From Salpingoeca rosetta (taxonomy: Eukaryota > Protista > Choanoflagellata): a stretch of 7,143 bases of DNA. The stretch is taken from the NCBI GenBank assembly GCA_033442325.1, contig JAWQFM010000004.1, positions 785,497-792,639 of the forward strand, in the 5' to 3' direction. Shown here one piece after another: positions 1 to 7,143 of this stretch. The notes under the pieces are model-generated. The model worked only from the letters and a program-made list of their open reading frames with translations, was not told the DNA's origin and did not search any database. Numbering within the stretch: position 1 is the first letter of the stretch; every line of letters begins with the position of its first letter. The position numbers and the translations under genes were made by a program.

Positions 1-244
1 AAACGGGGGCCCAAAACGGGAAAGTGCCTAAGGGCGACCAACGTGTGCAATGCTCGCTGGGCAACCACCCCAAAACGGAAAGGGAAAACTTTTCTCGCCC
101 TCTCAAAGATTACCCCAAAGACCACGCGCAAACGCTCAATGCTACATAATTTGATTGCCCGAAGACTGCTTATGACGATGATGTGTCTTACTACTCTCAT
201 ATCTGCCGTTGTGTTGAGGATCATGGCGTCAAAAGGCATGCATC

Positions 245-270
245 CGATAGCCCCGCTCAACGGGCTATCG
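245..270. repeat. 9-bp perfect inverted repeat (hairpin)
   Basis: CGATAGCCC (245-253) and GGGCTATCG (262-270) are exact reverse complements around an 8-nt loop. Confidence 0.75.
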
Positions 271-677
271 AATGTTGCCAATTTGACTCGCTTTGAGCGA
301 AGCATTGCTGTGTAACAGGCTCATCTTTGAAGGTGTGTCTGCCACCCCATATGAAGCGTGGTGCGCAGCGCACGCCCCATCCTGGGCTTTCTCCATGGCG
401 TTGACCATAGCAGCGGTGCTTGTCACGTTCATGAGCACAAAGAAGATGACGTTGTTTGGTGTGCTAGAACCAACAGGAAAGCCCAAAACGTGATTTTGTA
501 TGTTCATGTTCTTGTCAGAATGCCTTGTTAAACTCATTGGAATACACATGGCATTTCTGGTTGAACATTATTTCGCTTCATCAGAGCATCCAAGGTTTTG
601 CAGATCGCTCAGACAAGCTTCTGTGCACGATGTCAACACCTTCTCCCCGTTGCATCTCGCTGTTTACTCGTCGTGCA

Positions 678-838
678 ATGGCGCAAACAAAACACAGAAA
701 AAAAAAAAGAAGAAGAAAGAAAAGGCATACGCCAACAAGAGCGCACATCGCGCCCTTGTTGGCGTTGTATTTGCAGGGTACACGCAAGCAAAGGTTGCTC
801 GTCAACTTGGCATGCCTTCATCTTCAACGGTACAAGAC
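678..838 (+). mobile_element. Truncated N-terminal helix-turn-helix fragment, Tc1/mariner (IS630-Tc1-mariner) transposase-like
   Basis: 749-838 translates to RALVGVVFAGYTQAKVARQLGMPSSSTVQD, matching the recalled Tc1-type HTH pattern R-x-x-I-V...G-x-S/T-x-x-x-I/V-A-x-x-L-G-x-P/S-x-S-T-V. A basic run precedes it, with an ATG at 678 in a different frame (A11 run at 698-708). No DDE domain follows and no TIR was identified. Confidence 0.5.
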
Positions 839-880
839 ACAGAACGACAGTCCAGCAGCTGCAGTAGCGGTCGCACATGT

Positions 881-935
881 GACACGCGCAGACACAGACA
901 CACACACGCACACGCACAGACACACAAGCACACAA
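881..935. repeat. Degenerate (CA)n-rich tract
   Basis: gacacgcgcagacacagacacacacacgcacacgcacagacacacaagcacacaa. Confidence 0.85.
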
Positions 936-1091
936 AAGTAAGAACGATAGGCCCACAGAACTAAAGCTGGTGCAAACACAGAGCAATACTGCAGGAACAT
1001 GTCAGAGGTTGGGTCCTTGCGATGTGGTGGACGAGAGGGTGGGAGGACAGCTTGTTGTGTCGTCGAGGCAACGGTAATGTCTATGCGCATA

Positions 1092-1127
1092 CGTGTGTGC
1101 GTGTGTGTATGTGCGTCTGAGTGTGTC
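1092..1127. repeat. Degenerate (TG)n-rich tract
   Basis: cgtgtgtgcgtgtgtgtatgtgcgtctgagtgtgt; lies just after a donor-like CG|GTAATG at 1074. Confidence 0.8.
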
Positions 1128-1163
1128 TCCATCACGGCGACCGGAGTGGTGGGACCACACTGC

Positions 1164-1857
<694 letters not shown>

Positions 1858-2750
1858 NNNNNNNNNNNNNNNNNNNNNNNNNNNNNNNNNNNNNNNNNNN
1901 NNNNNNNNNNNNNNNNNNNNNNNNNNNNNNNNNNNNNNNNNNNNNNNNNNNNNNNNNNNNNNNNNNNNNNNNNNNNNNNNNNNNNNNNNNNNNNNNNNNN
2001 NNNNNNNNNNNNNNNNNNNNNNNNNNNNNNNNNNNNNNNNNNNNNNNNNNNNNNNNNNNNNNNNNNNNNNNNNNNNNNNNNNNNNNNNNNNNNNNNNNNN
2101 NNNNNNNNNNNNNNNNNNNNNNNNNNNNNNNNNNNNNNNNNNNNNNNNNNNNNNNNNNNNNNNNNNNNNNNNNNNNNNNNNNNNNNNNNNNNNNNNNNNN
2201 NNNNNNNNNNNNNNNNNNNNNNNNNNNNNNNNNNNNNNNNNNNNNNNNNNNNNNNNNNNNNNNNNNNNNNNNNNNNNNNNNNNNNNNNNNNNNNNNNNNN
2301 NNNNNNNNNNNNNNNNNNNNNNNNNNNNNNNNNNNNNNNNNNNNNNNNNNNNNNNNNNNNNNNNNNNNNNNNNNNNNNNNNNNNNNNNNNNNNNNNNNNN
2401 NNNNNNNNNNNNNNNNNNNNNNNNNNNNNNNNNNNNNNNNNNNNNNNNNNNNNNNNNNNNNNNNNNNNNNNNNNNNNNNNNNNNNNNNNNNNNNNNNNNN
2501 NNNNNNNNNNNNNNNNNNNNNNNNNNNNNNNNNNNNNNNNNNNNNNNNNNNNNNNNNNNNNNNNNNNNNNNNNNNNNNNNNNNNNNNNNNNNNNNNNNNN
2601 NNNNNNNNNNNNNNNNNNNNNNNNNNNNNNNNNNNNNNNNNNNNNNNNNNNNNNNNNNNNNNNNNNNNNNNNNNNNNNNNNNNNNNNNNNNNNNNNNNNN
2701 NNNNNNNNNNNNNNNNNNNNNNNNNNNNNNNNNNNNNNNNNNNNNNNNNN
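1858..2750. other. Assembly gap (893 N)
   Basis: Continuous N run. ORFs spanning it are artefacts. Confidence 0.99.
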
Positions 2751-2800
2751 ACATGAGGTAACGGCACCGGTGTTCGGAAAGGAAGGGTGGACAAGCCCTA

Positions 2801-2880
2801 CTGCTGCCGCTGCTTCTGCTGCCATCGCAGCTGTGTCGTCGTTGCTGTCGTTGCTGTTGCTGTTGCTGTATCGTTGCTGC
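2801..2880. repeat. Imperfect CTG / TTGCTG low-complexity tract
   Basis: ctgctgccgctgcttctgctgcc...gttgctgtcgttgctgttgctgttgctg; reads QQQQQQRQQ or TATATAT on the minus strand depending on frame. Confidence 0.65.
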
Positions 2881-3559
2881 AGGCAACCCTGACATTTTGG
2901 TGGCTGCTCTGCAATCCCGCTGCAGCGGTGGCAATGTGCTTGTGATGATTGGTGTCGTTGACAAATGTCGGCATCATGGCATGCATCAGAGACGCTGGCG
3001 CTGCTGGCCCATGTACAGGCGCAGGCAATGCTGGTGGCAATGGGCCTGATGCCGCTCCCAAATAGTAGTTGCAGGAGTGGTGCCGCGTTCATTATGGTGG
3101 CGCTGTCGCGTGTGGTGTGGATGGATGTACCCTCTCTGCCATATCCTCTGCTTCGTGCACGAGCTCCTTGTCCTCTTCCTCGCCCACTTCAGCCACGCTC
3201 ATCCCCAGTCTGCTCTCCTGCGGTCGCCCATGCTGTTTGACTGCGGGTGGTGGCAGCAATGTCCCATGTGTGCGTTTGTGTGCGAGTGCATGAGTGTGTG
3301 ATGCGTGTGATCGAGGAGGAGGAATAAAAGTGATGAACGGGGACGTGACTGCAGCCGGCTTACATTGTGAGTACTTTGGGGTCGAGCGTTGAGCAGGTGC
3401 TCGCATGGGAGTCGGGGAGGGGGTTGGTTCTTGTGGCAGATGCTTCCTGATGGTAGCAGGGTGGTGGGAAAGGTGGTAGGATTGGATTGGAAGGTTGTGG
3501 TGGGTGGGAGCAGTCAGTGGAGTGAGTAGAGTGTATTGCATACACGCTGTCTTTCTACG

Positions 3560-3605
3560 CACACACACACACACACACACACACAAAACACACACACAAA
3601 CACAC
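3560..3605. repeat. (CA)n microsatellite, interrupted
   Basis: CA run starting at 3560 with short A-run interruptions. Confidence 0.92.
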
Positions 3606-4021
3606 TTGCTGTTTGTTGCCTTTGCCTGCCTGCTCCTTCTTCATGTGCAAACTCTCAAAGCAGCAGCAAGCTGAACACGTCCAGCACGTGTGTCATCTTC
3701 TTGAACCGCCATGTGTGCGACACAAAGAGCACGGTTCCATTGCCCACTGCATCGTGGAGTGGCTGCCACTGCTTGTGCAACAGATCAATAATACACGCAC
3801 AGCAGCTGTCCCTCTTGTTGTACCACAACGACGACGAGCTGCTTGCTGGCTTGCTTGCGTGCACGCGAGGAAGGCCTTCTTTGTGATCGCATCCACAAAC
3901 CAAACCATCCACGCAGTGTGCTCGTTTGCTGTCCTCTGTCCTTTGCTTCTTTTTGGCGAAAAGAGTGGCGCTCACATTGACAAAACGCACCACGCTGTTT
4001 GTTTCCTTCTTTGCTTGCCAT
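3606..4021 (-). pseudogene. Degraded N-terminal HET/TIR-like ('ATVFVSHAW') domain of a protist TPR-repeat (kinesin-light-chain-like) protein
   Basis: Collinear motifs in different frames: STLRG (3908-3922), KQASKQLVV (~3830-3856), KRDSCCACIIDLLHKQWQPLHDAVGNGTVLFVSHTWRFKKMTHVLDV (FVSHTW at 3709-3726), LLLL*EFA (TGA at 3655-3657), then EQAGKGNKQQV. This matches my recalled family consensus SLRG...CAYIDLL...VGKATVFVSHAWRYK...VL-x-VLLEFAEEQ. The expected downstream FWLDLF motif and the TPRs are absent. The ATG at 4021 is tentative. Confidence 0.72.
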
Positions 4022-4224
4022 GTTGACAGAGAAGGAAAATCCTTGCGTTTCTGGCAACACCTGCCACCCGATTTGGAAGCACTTTCCCGACCTGCAGCAC
4101 AAAGAAAACGAAAACAATACACAATACACCACAGCAGTTATTGTTGTGCTGTCGCACACTCTTCACTGCCGCAACAAGCCACCCACCAACGCTTGCTCGC
4201 TCTGTTGCCCGCTTGCTTGGATGA

Positions 4225-4302
4225 ATGTGGACGCCATTTGTGCTCTTGTTCGCCTTCTTCCTCGTTTGCGTCACTGATGGCTCTTGCCACAGACACAGAC
4301 AG
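4225..4302 (+). CDS. Candidate first exon encoding a signal peptide
   Basis: ATG at 4225 gives MWTPFVLLFAFFLVCVTDG-SCHRHRQ, with a hydrophobic core and a T-D-G small-residue cleavage pattern, ending at CAG|GTGCAC (donor at 4303). It is too short to appear in the ORF track. Confidence 0.4.
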
Positions 4303-4671
4303 GTGCACCACGGTGGTGGCGGGGTCATGTGTTGTGCAAGAGAAAACGAGCGAGGCGGTTGATGGGCAGGATCACAGCTCTGGTTGACACAAGGTTGACA
4401 CCTTCCCTTCCGCATCAACACATCAACACCATCCATCCCACTGAGGGATTCAATTCAGTCAACGGGCATGGTGGACATGAACGGTGTGCTTGCACCAGTG
4501 CAGCAGAGAATGGAGCACATATGGTGCAGTAGCACCCATCAGCCAATGATGAGGACGCCTCTTCGACACAACGCACCGTCATGTGACACGCTGAAGCGGC
4601 AAGTGACGTGCGTGACCTCAGCAAACCACAGGGATTGGCAACGTGGCATGGGTGGTGTTGCAATGGCCGAT

Positions 4672-4692
4672 AACAACAACAACAACAACAAC
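4672..4692 (+). repeat. (AAC)7 microsatellite
   Basis: Seven AAC units at the Asn position of the 'DNGK' part of the repeat motif. Confidence 0.9.
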
Positions 4693-5059
4693 AGCAAAAG
4701 CTTGACCTGTGCGCAGGGACGTGCATCTGTGCTCATCGTCGATCCCTGCCATCCACCCCTGCTCGACGCAGCGACCACAGAGCAATTGGCCCATCCATAT
4801 GCTGACTCATCGCCTCTTGTTGCAAACACAGACAGTGCCCCTCATCAGCGACTGCGACACTCTATCCGCTATCCGCGATTAATCCAAGGACCACCAGCAC
4901 AGCTGTCTGATGAAGCATGCCAGCCAGAAATGGCATCATCCACGACTGCTGCATTCCACGAAGCACATTCATTCTCTGGCACTCGTGGTGCGGGAGGCGA
5001 CCTCACAGGCATTCAACGACCCCAGCTACAATGTTCCAGCCAGCAGATCACTCGACGAT

Positions 5060-5168
5060 GCCTCCTGATGCTTGCCATCCACCCAGCTCCACACGCAGCG
5101 ATTGCAGTACAGTGGGCTGGTGGCTTGCTTGCGTCAAACGGCAACATCAACGACCAGCATCAGGAGGC
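5060..5168. repeat. 13-bp perfect inverted repeat, 83-nt spacer
   Basis: GCCTCCTGATGCT (5060-5072) and AGCATCAGGAGGC (5156-5168). Confidence 0.8.
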
Positions 5169-5600
5169 GTGCTTGCTTGTTGTGAAAGATATCCTTGTCC
5201 ACATATTGCATTCCTCCCATCAACGCGGAGTATGTGCTCGTCATCGACCCAGTGTGCTGAACTGGTCAATATCGATGTTGTTTGCCGTATCTCAACTACA
5301 TTTCAACTCTTGTTGACGGCACCTCACCCTGCGCACGGACCATTACCCTGTTGTGCCTTTCCCCTTCTTCTGCTGTATTTTGACTGTTGGCACAACACGT
5401 CCTGCGCCCTTTCAGTTGCAGTTGCATATGTTTCTGTGCGTGTATGCGTGTGCGCTCATGTCTTGTGCTCAGCCTTTGTTGTGTTGTTGCGTCACCCAGC
5501 ATCATCTTTCCAACCAACTGCGTCACCGTTCGCCAGTCACGCCACCTCCATCACAACAACCACTCATAGATGCACGGATTCAATCAAAGGGACAGCCATT

Positions 5601-5715
<115 letters not shown>

Positions 5716-5822
5716 TGGAGGGAACCAACGGCATGTTCTCGTGTTCTCAACAGACCAACCAGCCAAGTGCAGAGAGTAACAATTTGAAACAATTTGACAA
5801 GGGCACCAGGCACCCCAGCTCT

Positions 5823-5850
5823 CCCCACCCCACCCCCCCCCCCCCTCCCC
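5823..5850 (-). other. G-quadruplex-forming motif
   Basis: The minus strand reads G4-A-G13-T-G4-T-G4, with single-nucleotide loops. Confidence 0.6.
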
Positions 5851-5873
5851 ACACACACACGCACATAACTCTC

Positions 5874-7143
5874 TCACAACGTCAGATGCGAGAAGTCATG
5901 CACGAGGATGGCATCGTCCATGGCCCAAGAAACAAAGAAGCGCCCGTCGGGCGTCATTCGCACACGTTTGTTCCGCGTATTGATTTCCAGACCAAAGTCA
6001 TGCCCGTATGCGCGAAACACGGGTTCAAGCGTGCTTGCGTCGAGAAACTGCAAGCCACCATAAGCTTCAGCGACAACATACTTCAGAAATGCCCACGCAG
6101 GCTTGAGGTTGGTTGCTCGCACAAGCTCACCGGCCAGGTTCCACAACAGGAGATGCTGTTCTTGCGCACAAGACGCCAGCAACTGCTGCTTTGGCAACCA
6201 CACCAGTGACACAGAAGATGCATATCCGCTGTGCACCTTGATACTCGCGTAAGGGTGCTCTTCTTGCTGCAATCTCCACAACTTGACAATTGTGTTGCCG
6301 TCGCACGTGGCAAGAACAGCCGCACCATCGCCACCATCATCGCTGGTCGTTGTGCACAGCTACACGGCCGTCACGGCCTCTCAGCATCTCGCACGCTGTG
6401 AGGACACCTTCAGAGTCGAGCTTCAGCTGCCATAGACATGCAGTCTCGTCATCAGACTCCGTGGCTACACACCAACTTGCATGTCGGCAGGGCCACAACA
6501 TGCATGGAGCTCATGCAGTCCACCACAACAAATGCGTCGTTTGTTGGAGAGAACAACATCCTCGGGGGTACCACAGTATTCTTAATCTCGCGGAATGTGA
6601 TGACGTCCTTGTACATCTTGCGTTGCACAGCGTCGAGAACGAGAAATGGCTGCGCCATGGACCAAACAATGATGAACCACCCGTCGGAACTGACGGCTTT
6701 GACGTTCAGGGCACTCGCCCGGTGCTCCTTGAGCGCAACAGTGTGTACAAGCGCCATCGTCGCTGCGTCGTAAAAGCCAAGGTCGTCGCGTCCAACAGCA
6801 AATGCAGGTAAAGTCTCACCCGCCCCGCTTGCGCCATCTGCAGCCAGCATTGCCACATGTGGCTCGGAAATCAGTGACTGTTGTTGATACTCTCGATCAG
6901 TCAAGGCCTTGGCATGCACATCGACCTGCTCCAAGCTGTAAACGGCCACAAACGGCTGCTGCAAGTCGGAGCAAGCGAGGAGGTCGCCAGAAGGTGTCGC
7001 TGCCATGATTCGGTTAGCAGGCGCTTGAATTCGATGCATAGCCTCCAGCGTGTCAGCCCTGACAACGGTGATGCCGAACATGCCGCGAGCGAGGGCCAGC
7101 AGCGCGCCGCCTGCCACAACACGAATAGCCGAGATTTCATGCT
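5874..7143 (-). pseudogene. WD40/beta-propeller gene, 3' portion, broken by two frame changes (pseudogene, assembly error or spliced)
   Basis: Frame A is open from the window edge to TGA at 6452 (ATPSGDLLACSD...VAVYSL; VSSDGWFIIVWS; FSPTNDAFVVVD). Frame B, ~6468-6337, reads VATESDDETACLWQL...EMLRGRDGRV. Frame C, 6359-5874, reads VLATCDGNTIVKLWRL...VHSGYASSV...LLASCAQEQHLLLWNL...MTPDGRFFVSWAMDDAILVHDF. All are WD40 blade-like. Confidence 0.75.

Larger units (their letters stand above)
4459..5316 (+). pseudogene. Scrambled gene of the 'W-x-GGVLA-x-NGKIYCIP-x-NA-xx-VL-x-IDP' tandem-repeat (putative beta-propeller) family
   Basis: Repeat remnants in all three plus frames: GVLAP (4483-4497) with ENG/YGA (4506-4528); GGVAMADN...ASVLIVDP (4651-4746); ARNGIIHDCCIP (4923-4958); WAGGLLASNGNI (5113-5148); GGVLA (5163-5177); YCIPPINAEYVLVIDP (5204-5251). 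Confidence 0.72.

Noticed and set aside
265-549. QDGACAAHHA in the minus ORF resembling the Tc1/mariner QDGAPAH catalytic motif
   Set aside because: The flanking motifs (FQQ before; W-P-x-x-SPDLNPIE after) are missing, and it is on the opposite strand from the HTH relic.
5412-5433. Next WD40 exon after a CACAG acceptor at 5434 (minus strand)
   Set aside because: Splicing from the 5877 donor adds only NICNCN before a stop, with no WD40 similarity.
6359-6470. 7-bp direct repeat GCTACAC (6359-6365 and 6464-6470) as a target-site duplication
   Set aside because: The spacing is 105 nt, so excision would not restore the WD40 frame, and the interior is WD40-like rather than element-like.
6290-7008. 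Plus-strand ORFs overlapping the WD40 region
   Set aside because: They are antisense shadows with no recognisable motifs.

Overview
Eukaryotic, microsatellite-rich draft sequence with an 893-N gap (1858-2750). The CA/TG tracts, the CAA-encoded polyQ and the gene families resemble a choanoflagellate such as Salpingoeca rosetta; this is an inference. No clearly intact gene is present. The window is a patchwork of damaged gene pieces: (1) a Tc1/mariner-like HTH fragment (~678-838, +); (2) a probable polyQ exon with a 71-triplet CAA/CAG run (-) next to the gap; (3) a frameshifted, stop-containing relic of the 'ATVFVSHAW' HET/TIR-like N-terminal domain of protist TPR proteins (3606-4021, -); (4) head-to-head with it, a signal-peptide exon followed by a scrambled 'W-x-GGVLA-x-NGKIYCIP-x-NA-xx-VL-x-IDP' repeat gene (4225-5316, +); and (5) the 3' part of a WD40 gene split over three frames (5874 to beyond 7143, -). 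Family assignments come from motifs recognised by eye and recalled consensus sequences, not searches. I see no firm evidence for a new biological system. The best leads are decay by local micro-duplication, two splice events that would restore reading frames, and the clustering of repeat/receptor-type relics.
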